The position numbers and the translations under genes are program-made. Below are positions 1 to 9,700 of a stretch of DNA of 64,000 bases, in pieces (position 1 is the stretch's first letter; every line of letters starts with the position of its first letter). The notes below the pieces were generated by a model. That model had not been told where the DNA came from, made no database searches, and saw only the letters and a list, made by a program, of their open reading frames with translations. Source of the stretch: Oscillospiraceae bacterium (GTDB lineage: Bacteria; Bacillota; Clostridia; Oscillospirales; Oscillospiraceae); the NCBI GenBank assembly GCA_024697625.1, contig JAILFJ010000181.1, positions 22,500 through 86,499 on the forward strand, written 5' to 3'.

Positions 1-1199
1 TCTGTCAAGGTGTTCCTGCCGTCCAGGATGATACCGAGGTCCTCATGTGCCGCATATACTCCGGTGTCCAGCACCGCCACGGTGATCTCCGGCCGCCCCA
101 TTGTGATGCCCCAGGCCGCATAGCTGTTCACAGTATCGTGCATCCACTGATAGTTCCAGCTTGGATCCTGTATATAGGTGTCGTTCAGGCCCAGGCTCCT
201 GACCCAGTCATACCAGTCCAGAGGCTCATCTGCTGTTGCGGCCTGGGCGGAATACACCGAGAAGCTCCCATAACCCGGCTCCAGCCCCACCAGCCAGTCC
301 GGTTCGACTGCCGGCAGCCGCAGGCTCAGATCCGCTGCCGCGGTGACGGCTTCGGCAACCGTTGCGCCCTCCGGAAGACCCAGCCGGGCGAAAAAGCCGT
401 CGAAGGAGAGGACCTGTGCTCCGAAAGCCTCCGCTGCCATCTCGGCGTATTCCGGGCTCTCGGTCACAAGCAGGACGACGCCCTCCTCAAAGGCGCAGCC
501 CGCCAGCGCATCAACGGTCCCGTGCATGGTTAGGCCCTGCTTTGCCGCAAGCTCGGCTGCCGACAGCTCATAGCCCTCCGGAAATCCCGGGAAAATCGTC
601 TCGGTCTCCTCATCTTTGGAATCGTCAGAGTCAGCGTCCTCCGCCTTCTCCTCTTCCGGATCCTCCGGCTCTCTGTCCGGGTCGCTCTCTTCGTCTTTCC
701 CTGGTTCCCGGTCTTCGTCCGATTCTCCCTCTTCGTCCGGATCCGGATCCGTCGGGTCAGTCTCTGTTCCGGGCGCACCCGGCTCTTCGCCCGCTTCTGT
801 CTCCGGTTCCGCAGTCGGTTCCGGGGTGGAAGTTTCATCTTCATCTCTGCCCTCCGGGGCTTCCGTCGGTTCTGCAAGCTCATTCTCCGTCTCCGGCAGC
901 GCCGGTTCCGTCTCCGCTCCGGTCGGATCCTGCCCTGCGGGGTCCGCTGCCGGTTCCGGATCTTCTTCCGGTACTGCTGCCGGCTCATCCGGTTCTGCCG
1001 CCGCTCTCATCCCTGCTTCGCCCGGAACGTCCGCTTCAGAGAAGTCCGCCGTCTCAACGTCGGTACTCACCGCCGCTTTCTGCGCGTCTTCCTGCCACAG
1101 GTCTTCCGCGTGCGCTGCAGGAAACAGCGATGCACACATCGCCAGCACCAGCAAAAGGCTCAGAATTTTCGTTTTTGCACGTTTCCGTCCGGTCTTCAT
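1..1199 (-). CDS. Secreted subtilisin-like serine peptidase (S8-like), paralog 0; only the N-terminal ~399 codons are in the window (gene continues past the left edge)
   Basis: Open at the window edge, so absent from the supplied ORF track. My minus-strand translation from ATG 1199 reads MKTGRKRAKTKILSLLLVLAMCASLFPAAHAED (signal peptide), then a long E/P/D/T-rich acidic stretch, FPGFPEGYELSAAELAAKQ, prodomain-like EAVTAAADLSLRLPAVEPDWLVGLEP, and the S8 Asp box ITVAVLDTGVYAAHEDL. It is collinear with the complete paralogs at 1514-16315. GAGGA lies a few nt upstream of the ATG. Confidence 0.8.
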   Translation of the reverse strand, partial: MKTGRKRAKTKILSLLLVLAMCASLFPAAHAEDLWQEDAQKAAVSTDVETADFSEADVPGEAGMRAAAEPDEPAAVPEEDPEPAADPAGQDPTGAETEPALPETENELAEPTEAPEGRDEDETSTPEPTAEPETEAGEEPGAPGTETDPTDPDPDEEGESDEDREPGKDEESDPDREPEDPEEEKAEDADSDDSKDEETETIFPGFPEGYELSAAELAAKQGLTMHGTVDALAGCAFEEGVVLLVTESPEYAEMAAEAFGAQVLSFDGFFARLGLPEGATVAEAVTAAADLSLRLPAVEPDWLVGLEPGYGSFSVYSAQAATADEPLDWYDWVRSLGLNDTYIQDPSWNYQWMHDTVNSYAAWGITMGRPEITVAVLDTGVYAAHEDLGIILDGRNTLT

Positions 1200-1318
1200 G
1201 TCATCCTCACAAATCTTCTGTAGGTATTCTTTACGGTATATGCCCTTTGTTTTCATCTGTTCTTCTCACCCAGGTTTCACACAGGTTTTTCCGCATATCT
1301 GTCCAATTGTCTCATAAT

Positions 1319-1347
1319 TATACCTGTTATCTGAGCCGCTGTCGAGG
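1319..1347 (-). promoter_or_regulatory. Candidate sigma-70-type promoter for S8 paralog 0
   Basis: On the minus strand: TCGACA (1347-1342), 17-nt spacer, TATAAT (1324-1319), about 120 nt upstream of ATG 1199. Confidence 0.35.
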
Positions 1348-1431
1348 CTGTCTCCCCGCAGTTTATAAAAAATTAAGAGAATTAAGGTGAAACGCGCCGG
1401 AATCGGAAGCCCTGATCCGTGAGCAAGCTGC

Positions 1432-1470
1432 AGCCTGTGCGGTCCGGACGATTTCCAGACCGCACAGGCT
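1432..1470. terminator. Perfect 13-bp stem-loop between S8 paralog 1 (stop 1514) and S8 paralog 0; probable terminator/insulator
   Basis: agcctgtgcggtc (1432-1444) pairs perfectly with gaccgcacaggct (1458-1470), with a 13-nt loop. The T-rich run (gttttcc) follows only in plus orientation, so the orientation and role are uncertain. Confidence 0.4.
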
Positions 1471-1513
1471 GTTTTCCTGTTGATTGTGTTATGCTGTCTT
1501 ATTGTACCAGCTG

Positions 1514-4500
1514 CTACTTCACCTGTATTGTGATGCTTGCGCTCTTGTTGGTACCGTCCGTGGTCTTAACGGTGATCTTTGCTGTGCCTTTCTTTCCGGT
1601 GGCATTACGGTAAACTGTCAGGATTGCGTACCAGCCATATTCCTCATCAAAGCCGTAACTCATGGTACCGCCCGCCACATCGGGATTGCTGGATGTTACG
1701 GAGAAGTTGGGCAGCTCGCGGTAATAATATTTCCCGTACTTGCTGAGGCCAACGACTTCATAGCTCAGAGTTCCTTCTCCCCAGCTCTGATAGATGATGT
1801 CTTTCTTTGCTAGATAGCCGCTGTTATTAATGATCTCAACCTTAACGATCTGCGGGATCGGCCGGTAATAGACCGAGTGCATGAGATTCGTCCCATCCGT
1901 GGTCCTGGCGGTGACGCGGATATAATAGTTGTAATTATAACGCACAGCCTGCTCCAGTTTTGGCTTTACAGAGAGGTTACCGGAGTTATTGATGCTGACG
2001 TATCTATTCCGGGCAGCATAGTCAGTCAGCGAACTGTTGGCAACATAATTCCCGCTGTCATTGAGGACTCCCATATCCCAGCTCCAGGACACCTTTTTGA
2101 CGGTCGGCGTTCCGTAGGTTGTACCCAGAACCGCCGTATTGCCCTGGCTCTTTCCGTAGCCAATCGGAACATAATTATTGGCAGCTTTATCGATTCCGTC
2201 ATGCCACCGGTTGTCCAGAGTTTTGGGGATCACCGTGATGGAAGAGGCTGGTACCGTGACATTGACGTTCACACGGATGGACTTGTTGCTGCCGTCCAGG
2301 GCCTTTGCCGTCAGGGTGCACTTTCCGCCATGGCTCGCGCGGATGATGAGGGAAAGATTATCGCTCTGGTCGTATTCGTACCAAAGATCCGCCACTTCCC
2401 ATTTGTTGACCGTCCATTCAATCCCTTCTCCGGCATAGCTTCCGCCGTTTACACGGACCGCCTTCAGAGTCGCTGTATTATCCCGCCTGCTCGTTGACGG
2501 GATGTCTGCCGAATTCAGGGTCAGGGTCTGGCCGTTTTTCACCGGCTGTCCGTTCCAGTACAGATCAACGCCTGTCGCCTTCGGAGCCACTCTCACATAA
2601 TGCTGGTAACAGTAGGCCGAACCCAACTCCGGCTGAGCATAGACATAGAAGCGCGTTCCCACACTGACCCAGGATTCTACCGTAACCTTCCCGTTCATCG
2701 GGTTGATACTCACACCGTAAGGAGGTGCCGAACCTCCGGAAGAATGTACCGACCAGACCAGCTTTTTGTTCGTCGCGTTCTTCGGTGACAGTGTCGCCTT
2801 GAAAGTCGCGGAAGTTCCCGGCGCCATGATCTCCTGCCCTGTGATCATGATATCCTGCAGGCTGGCATTCACCGAGACCGTGAAGCTTAGCAGCTCCTCC
2901 GAGCCATCCGTCGGCATACCGGTGACGGTCACACTGCCCTCGGTCTTCGCGCTGAGTATAAGGCTGCTCTCGCCAGTCTGTTCATCGTACTGTGTCGTCG
3001 CATTCAGGACACTCTCATCGCTGACGTTCCAGCGGAAATCCGCATTCTCAGGGTTCAGAAGCTTGCCCTCGGCATCTTTGATCTCAAAGGGGATGCTCCA
3101 TTTGGTATTTGGCTTCAGTTCCGGAATCTCACCGTTCAGGCGCACGGTCGCGGCACGGACCCTTGTTTCGTTTCTGGCCTCGCCACCGGATTCGCCTTCC
3201 GTATTCTCAGGCTCCGTGATCCGGAGCTCCAGGCAGCTGACTTCGCCCGCCATACCGGCTTCGTTCAGCTCCATGATGCGCAGCTCCACCGTCCGGCCCG
3301 GCTCAAACTCTGAGAGCGGCAGGACGAAGCAGCCCTGCTCCGCGTCATAATGCCCCTTGTCCGACACCTCAGCCCCGTGGACGACCGCTCCGTTCAGCAC
3401 TGCAGGATTCTGTCCGTCCGTGCTGTAGAGGAAGCGGGCTGTGGAGGACGTCCCGCCTGCAGACCGCAGTGTGATATAGCCGTTAGCCGGAACCGTTCCG
3501 TCCGTGATCTCCGTGCCGTTGGCTTTGAAGACGCGGGAATAATATCCGCCCTTCGTCACCCCGAACAGCTTCGCGGCATCAATGACGCCGGCGCCCATGC
3601 CTTTTCCGCTGATTTTGTTGCAGGCTTTCATCAGGATACTGCGCATATAGGGTGGAAAGGATTGGTCGAAGACGGGATTTCCGTAATAACTGAGATAATA
3701 ACTAAGATAAAGCGCTGCGACACCGGAGACCACCGGGGTCGCCATGGAGGTGCCGTTCCAGCATACATACGTACTCCCTGTCGTTGTTGACCAGGTCGTT
3801 GACCAGATCGCCGAGCCGGGGGCTGACACATCGCACCAGTCGCCGTAGTTGGAATACGGTGCGCGGGCGCCGCTGATGTCGGTTGCAGCCACTGCGATTA
3901 CTTCGTCGAAGTAAGCCGGAGCGGCCTTGATATTCGATGCATCATTCCCCATGGATACAATGACTGTCGCACCGGCAACAGTGGCCCTGCGGATAGCACC
4001 ATGTATCTGGCTTGGATAGTTTTTGCTGTTGATGCTCATGTTGATGATCTTCGCACCGTGCTTCCAGGCATAATCAATCCCCTGGGAAATCGCATACTCA
4101 TTGCCACCTCCATTTTCATCCATGACTCGCACCGCCAGGATACTGACACCCGGGGCGATGCCGGCGCCGCCCTTGCCGTTACCCATGGTGGCGGCGATGA
4201 TTCCGGCCACATGGGTACCGTGTCCGTTCTCGTCCATCGGGTCGTTGTCGCCGTCTACATAGTCATCGCCCTTGATTACCTTTCCGGCCAGATCAGGATG
4301 GTTATAATCGACGCCGGTGTCCACAACGGCCACGATGACATTGGACGAGCCTGTCGTGACACCCCATGCGCCATAGCTGTGGACGATATCATGCTGATAC
4401 TGATAGCTGCCTGCAGGATTTCTCAGCAGCGAATCCGGATTAGCCGTGTTGTCGATCCAGTCCTGCCACATGAGCCCGCTGTAAGCGGCGGCCTGCATCT

Positions 4501-5713
4501 GTGTGTCAAAGCTCACACCCTCGGAGAGCATGACAGGATCCACGCTGACAATCCAGTTCGGCTCCACCGCCGGGAGAGGCATTTCCATATCCGCCGCACA
4601 CTCCACGGCTTCGGCTACGGTAGCATCCGTCAGCAGGAGCTTACCTATATAACCGGAGAACTCCGCGAGCTCCGCGTTATACGCCTCGGCGACCATCCGG
4701 GCGTACTCCTCAGACTCTGCGCTGAACAGCACTTCGCCCTCGACGTACTCTCCCGCACCGCTCTGTACCGCCGCGAGGATTCCCTCGTCGGTCAGGACGC
4801 GCTTCTCCTCCAGCTGTTCTTCGCTGAGCTCGTAGTCCTCCGGCAGGCCTTTGAACCCGTAGGGCAGGGCCTCCTTCATGCTGACTGTCACGGTGACCGG
4901 CTCAGAGCCCGCCGCCACTTCCAGTGGGACGTTTTCCTTTGCGCGGAAGCCATCCGCTGTCGCAGACCAGACGTACACACCCGGTGTGAGCAGATAGACC
5001 GCACGGAATACGGTCTCCTCTGCGCCGTCCGGAGCTTCTTCGGCATCAGATGCTGTCGCGTCTGTCTCGGCTCCCTCCGCCATTGCGGCCATCGCTGCCG
5101 TCTCGTCCTCGGCCGGATCTTCTGCCGTTTCCGTAGCAGTCGCCTCTGCAAGCTCCGCTTCCTCGGCAGGGGCCACAGGTGTCTCGCCGGCATACACCGT
5201 AAGGCGGATCTCCTGCGCAGAGACGAATGTCACACAGACAGACTCTGCCTGGGCATCGTCCTCATCCTCGGATTCTTCTTCGCTCTCTTCCGCAACAGCG
5301 GCCTCTTCGTCCGCGGGGGGTTCCGCAGGGTCGCCCTCACCGTCTGTCGGAGTTTCTGCGGGTTCTTCCGCCGGTTCCTCAGGAATCTCTGGCGCCTCTT
5401 CCGCGGGCTCTTCAGGCACTTCTCCGAGCTCCTCTGCGGGCTCCGCCGTCTCTTCCTGCGGTGCTTCGGTCAGCGTCGCATCCCCGGTCGCATCTTCCGC
5501 TGACGGGTCCTCTTCCGGGCTCTCCCCTATCTCGGGGGATTCGCTCTCTTCGCCGAGTTCCTCCCCGAACAGGCTGTCCGCCGCAACGGTCTCACCGAGT
5601 GCTGCCTCTTCCCCTTCCGCCAGCACGGCCGGGAACATCGAGACCAGCATCGTGAAAACCAGCAGCAGGGAAAGCAGCTTTTTCATGCTGTTGTTCTTCA
5701 TTCCTGTCTTCAT
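1514..5713 (-). CDS. Secreted subtilisin-like serine peptidase (S8) with acidic spacer and bacterial Ig-like (Big_2-type) repeats, paralog 1
   Basis: 1399-aa ORF. Signal peptide MKKLLSLLLVFTMLVSMFPAVLA, then an E/P-rich acidic spacer. S8 triad motifs: VAVVDTGVDYNHPDL (Asp), HGTHVAGIIAA (His), NGTSMATPVVSGVAAL (Ser). A prodomain-like segment ends LPLPAVEPNWIVSVDP. Also a CHB_HEX_C-like motif FLYSTDGQNPAV and repeated Big_2-like units ending ...ITVKTTDGTNKSASITIQVK. Confidence 0.93.
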   Translation of the reverse strand: MKTGMKNNSMKKLLSLLLVFTMLVSMFPAVLAEGEEAALGETVAADSLFGEELGEESESPEIGESPEEDPSAEDATGDATLTEAPQEETAEPAEELGEVPEEPAEEAPEIPEEPAEEPAETPTDGEGDPAEPPADEEAAVAEESEEESEDEDDAQAESVCVTFVSAQEIRLTVYAGETPVAPAEEAELAEATATETAEDPAEDETAAMAAMAEGAETDATASDAEEAPDGAEETVFRAVYLLTPGVYVWSATADGFRAKENVPLEVAAGSEPVTVTVSMKEALPYGFKGLPEDYELSEEQLEEKRVLTDEGILAAVQSGAGEYVEGEVLFSAESEEYARMVAEAYNAELAEFSGYIGKLLLTDATVAEAVECAADMEMPLPAVEPNWIVSVDPVMLSEGVSFDTQMQAAAYSGLMWQDWIDNTANPDSLLRNPAGSYQYQHDIVHSYGAWGVTTGSSNVIVAVVDTGVDYNHPDLAGKVIKGDDYVDGDNDPMDENGHGTHVAGIIAATMGNGKGGAGIAPGVSILAVRVMDENGGGNEYAISQGIDYAWKHGAKIINMSINSKNYPSQIHGAIRRATVAGATVIVSMGNDASNIKAAPAYFDEVIAVAATDISGARAPYSNYGDWCDVSAPGSAIWSTTWSTTTGSTYVCWNGTSMATPVVSGVAALYLSYYLSYYGNPVFDQSFPPYMRSILMKACNKISGKGMGAGVIDAAKLFGVTKGGYYSRVFKANGTEITDGTVPANGYITLRSAGGTSSTARFLYSTDGQNPAVLNGAVVHGAEVSDKGHYDAEQGCFVLPLSEFEPGRTVELRIMELNEAGMAGEVSCLELRITEPENTEGESGGEARNETRVRAATVRLNGEIPELKPNTKWSIPFEIKDAEGKLLNPENADFRWNVSDESVLNATTQYDEQTGESSLILSAKTEGSVTVTGMPTDGSEELLSFTVSVNASLQDIMITGQEIMAPGTSATFKATLSPKNATNKKLVWSVHSSGGSAPPYGVSINPMNGKVTVESWVSVGTRFYVYAQPELGSAYCYQHYVRVAPKATGVDLYWNGQPVKNGQTLTLNSADIPSTSRRDNTATLKAVRVNGGSYAGEGIEWTVNKWEVADLWYEYDQSDNLSLIIRASHGGKCTLTAKALDGSNKSIRVNVNVTVPASSITVIPKTLDNRWHDGIDKAANNYVPIGYGKSQGNTAVLGTTYGTPTVKKVSWSWDMGVLNDSGNYVANSSLTDYAARNRYVSINNSGNLSVKPKLEQAVRYNYNYYIRVTARTTDGTNLMHSVYYRPIPQIVKVEIINNSGYLAKKDIIYQSWGEGTLSYEVVGLSKYGKYYYRELPNFSVTSSNPDVAGGTMSYGFDEEYGWYAILTVYRNATGKKGTAKITVKTTDGTNKSASITIQVK

Positions 5714-5766
5714 TTCCTTTCTGTGTTGTTATCCGTTTCCCGTAAATATCTGGACCGTCTAGATAC

Positions 5767-5795
5767 AGAATACCATATTCAGGGAGTGGTTGCAA
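5767..5795 (-). promoter_or_regulatory. Candidate promoter of S8 paralog 1 (conserved cassette)
   Basis: Minus strand: TTGCAA (5795-5790), 17 nt, TATTCT (5772-5767) preceded by TGg. The same -35/-10 and flanking block (acagaataccatat on the plus strand) recurs upstream of paralog 2. Confidence 0.45.
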
Positions 5796-5912
5796 CCGGT
5801 GATTCGTTCTTCAGCGCCGTGATTGGCACAATCAGCACGCCGTCCGGTGCGATCCGCCGCGGTTTCTCCGCCCGTACGGATCCGGTCTGTTCTGTAATTT
5901 CGCTGTTTCGCG

Positions 5913-6790
5913 TCACCTGGTGAAGAGCTGATAGCTGCTGTACTCCGGATAGCGCTTGACAGTCTGATAGCCTGTCTGGATATTCCCGTATTTATCATAG
6001 TAGCTGATCGGAGTGTTGTCCCCTACCGCGCTGATGTACCGGTACAGCTCTTCCAGCGTCACAATCCCGTCCTTATTGCCGCCGTACTGCATATCCGCCG
6101 GAAAATTTCCGCTCGTACCGACGCCGTTCGTCAGCCATTTGGTGAAATTGTTATAGGAATCCGAAGCGCTGCTTCCTTCCCTGCCGAAACTCAGCTGCTG
6201 AAGCGCAGAAGCTGTCAGGACATAGAACTTGTTGGCGACACGGAGCTCTCCGGTTTGGGCAACGACCTCCTTGGTTTCCTCATCCGCACTCGCGAAGGCA
6301 TCGATCAGAGCCTGGGTAAACTGATCGTCCGCCATCCCCTCGGTTTCGGCCCCGTTGTTCGCGCTGTTGGCATAAACCGCCGCACCTGAGCCGCAGGACT
6401 CCACAATGACGATCACCTTGCCGGGCACCGCCTTCAGCCAGGATGCCAGATCCCGGAAGTAAATAAACTCTCCGTTCGCTGTCGCCAAAGCCCCTGCATA
6501 GGCGGAACCCGCTCCGTTGGAGACGTCGCCGTGGGTTGCGATGAAGAACAGCGAGACGTCCTGTTCCGTGGCATCGGCAAAGGTCGCTGCAATGGCATTT
6601 CTGATCTGGCTGGGACTGTAGTCCTTCCCCCCGTAGATGTTTCCGTCGTATGGGTTGCCGTCCGGGCCTTTAACACTTCTCAGCATCCCTGTCATCAGCA
6701 GTACGTCGCCCCAGTTGCGATTGCACACATCGCCGTCGCTGAAGTTCACTTCGCCAAACAGCAGCGCACGGTATTTTGTCGAAGCTGACC
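5913..6790 (-). other. Clan-CD (caspase/legumain/metacaspase-like) peptidase-like domain plus one EF-hand-like loop at the C-terminus of paralog 2
   Basis: The translation is KYRALLFGEVNF...DVSLFFIATHGD (beta-strand + His-Gly, DNA ~6521-6545) ...PGKVIVIVESCGSGAAV (hydrophobic strand + E-S-C-x-S-G, DNA ~6380-6405). This is the His/Cys dyad layout of legumain (EACESG) and metacaspases (DSCHSG). The tail has GGNKDGIVTLEELYRYI, an EF-hand/dockerin-like Ca loop (DNA ~6040-6085). Confidence 0.65.
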
Positions 6791-9700
6791 TGACATAGAG
6801 GGTAGCACTGTTGCTGTAAACCGCGACCCCGTCATTTCCGGTCACCCGACAGCGGAACTCGTAATTGTTGTATGCGGACGTGGCCGTAAAGCTCAGGGTG
6901 CTCGTCTTATTTCCGTTCAGGGAACTGTTCTGCCAGGTCTCACTCCCGGGTGCTTTCATCTCCCACTGGTAGCTCAGGCTGTGTCCCGTTGCCGTCACCC
7001 GGAAGGTCGCCGTCGCATTCGGGTCCACAGTAAGATTCGCCGGATGTGTCGTAATGTCGGCATCGTGGAAGTTTGCGCTCAGTACAAGACGGATGGTTCC
7101 GGTGGTGTCAGAGCTGTAATATCTCACCTCAAAGAAGTAAGTCGTTCCGGCAGCAAAGTCATAGGTAATGCTGAAGTTGTTGCTTTCCCCGCCATCGTCG
7201 TCGTAGGCAAGCTGATTTTCCGAGGCATCGTAGAGATAGCCGTAGGTGTCGTCGGACCCGGTGGATGTCAGAGTGTAGCTGCCCGACAGCGTGGGTACAA
7301 ATCGGAACCTGACTCTCTCCCCGCCGGCACTGATCACCGCCGTAGTTGTGCCGGGAGAAATAGATGCTATTACTCTTAGCCGAGCTGTGTCACTGTAGAC
7401 TGGGACCCCGTCATTTCCGGTCACCCGACAGCGAAACTCGTAATTGTTGTATGCGGACGTGGCCGTAAAGCTCAGGGTGCTCGTCTTATTTCCGTTCAGG
7501 GAACTGTTCTGCCAGGTCTCACTCCCGGGTGCTTTCATCTCCCACTGGTAGCTCAGGCTGTGTCCCGTCGCCGTCACCCGGAAGGTCGCCGTCGCATTCG
7601 GGGCCACAGTAAGATTCGCCGGATGTGTCGTAATGTCGGCATCGTGGAAGTTTGCGCTCAGTACAAGACAGATGGTTCCGGTGGTGTCAGAGCTGTAATA
7701 TCTCACCTCAAAGAAGTAAGTCGTTCCGGCAGCAAAGTCATAGGTAATGCTGAAGTTGTTGCTTTCCCCGCCGTCATCGTCGTAGTCAAGCTGATTGTCC
7801 GAGGCATCATAGAGATATCCGCAGGTGTCGTCGGACCCGGTGGATGTCAGGGTGTAGCTGCCCGACAGGGTGGGTACAAATCGGAACCGAACGCTCTCCC
7901 CGCCGGTGCTGATCACCGCCGTAGTTGTGCCGGGTACAATCGTACGAACCTGTTTCGCATTTACGGTCAGAGTCGCTGCGTTGCTTATGGCACTGTTCGA
8001 ATCTGCCCCTCGCACCAGACAGCGGAACTGCCAGCTGTTATATCGGGTATCGCCGGGAACGCGCAGCGTGCTTGTATCATGTCCCTCAAAACCGGCCGAT
8101 ACCCAGACGCTCTCGCCTCTCCTCTTCATCTGCCACTCATAATATACACTCGTGCCGGATGCCGTAATGGAAAAACTTGCCGCCGTCCCCTCTGCCACGG
8201 TCACGTTCGCAGGGTGTCTTGTAATTGAGACGGCAGTGGGGGCACTGTCATTGATGACCTTCACGCTGATCTTTGCGCTCTTGTTGCTGCCATCGGTGGT
8301 CTTGACGGTGATGGTCGCGCTTCCTGCCTTGCCGCTGCTGTTTCGGACAACATCCAGCATTCCGTAGTATCCGTAGCTGTCGTCATATCCTATGAAGACA
8401 ATACCGCTCGCCACGTTCGGGTCGCTGGAGCTTACGGAGAAGTTGGGCAGACTGCGGAAATAGGTTCTGCCGCTCTTTCCATAGCCGAGGATTTCAAATC
8501 TCTGTCTTCCCTCGCCCCAGCTTGTGCGGAGCTCGGTCTTCTTCACCTCATGGCCGTAGCCGTCCTCGATCATGACCTTGTTGATCTGCGGGATCGGCCG
8601 GTAGTAGACCTCATCACGCAGGCCTGTCCCATCAGTGGTTGAGGCATACACACGGATGGCATAGTCATAGCCCAGCGCGAGCTCTGCATTCGCCTTCAGA
8701 GTGAGGTTGCCGGAGGCGTTGATACTGACATATCTCTTTGAGGCAGCATTGTGTGTCAGCGACCAGTCGGTATAATACTCTCCGTATTCGTTGAAGCCGC
8801 CCAGGTCAACACCCCATGCCACCTTCCTGACACTCGGGGTACCGTAGGTCGCGCCAAGAACCGCTGTGTTCCCCTGGCTCTTGCCGTAAGCTATGGGAAT
8901 ATAGTGAAGGCCGTTGTCAAGTCCGTAAAAGAAATCTTTGTCCTGTGACTTGGAAATAACTGTAATGGAGGATGCCGGAACCGTGACCCTGATCTTCACA
9001 TTGGCGGTCTTGTTCGACCCGTCCATGGCCTTTGCCGTCAGGGTGGCCGTGCCTGCGTTGTGGGCATTCACCCGAATTCCGCCCTGACCGTTGTCCTCAT
9101 CGATGCTGACGATGGCGGCATTGCTGGTTGTCCATTGGATTCCGGCCCAACGGTCATAGATGCTCCCGGTTTTCCCGGCCACACGCCAGGCATCCAGCCA
9201 CGCGCTTCTGTCGTTGGCGCTTGTTCCGGGTAGGTTGGCGCTCTGCAGGGTGATCGTGGCGCTGTTTTTCAGTTCCGCAGCGTTGTTCAGCTTCAGGCCA
9301 ACGGCCCCGGCTTTGTTGTCAACCGTGACATCAATCCTGTTACTCCAGACATTGCCTCCGTCGGTCGAATTTGCCAGAACAGAGAATGTTGCCCCCAGCG
9401 GTGCTGTACGATCTACCGTGACTTTTCCCGATGTCGGGTTGCAGGTCACCCAAACGGAAACGGGATCGACAGCCCAGGTCACTTTTTTATTCTTTGTGTT
9501 CTTCGGAAGAACCAGGCTGGCCTTATAGGTAGCGCTGGTTCCGGGGGCGACGATGCTCTGGCCGGTGATGGTGATGCTGCTGACAAGGTTGGATACCGAC
9601 ACACTGACAGAGATCGGCTCGACGGACTCGTCCTCGACAGTGCCGCTCAGCCTGGCAGTTCCGACCTTCCTCGCATAAACCAGGACCTCATACTCCCCGG

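Noticed and set aside
362-1390. Pro/Ser/Arg-rich ORFs at the left end (362-1390, 616-1317, 530-988).
   Set aside because: They mirror the GAA/GAG/CCG-rich acidic spacer of the partial S8 gene on the minus strand (1-1199). That gene gives a coherent signal peptide, prodomain and Asp box.
4001-5503. Long plus-strand ORFs lying inside the big minus-strand genes (4001-5503, 10986-12173, 15212-16345, 17685-19268, 26153-27730, 36071-37483, 43363-45465 and similar).
   Set aside because: They are antisense shadow frames, typical of GC-rich DNA. Their translations are Arg/Gly/His/Pro-rich, with no motifs and no RBS, and each is fully overlapped by an ORF with clear domain signatures on the other strand.
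6040-6085. Dockerin module at the end of the chimeric protease (a cellulosome-like attachment).
   Set aside because: Only a single EF-hand-like loop is present, not the duplicated 22-residue dockerin repeat. No cohesin-like partner is recognised in the window.
6811-7936. The 579-bp repeat pair as a template/variable repeat of a diversity-generating retroelement.
   Set aside because: The 18 differences are of mixed types and are not adenine-specific. The copies are directly adjacent within one gene, and there is no reverse transcriptase in the window.
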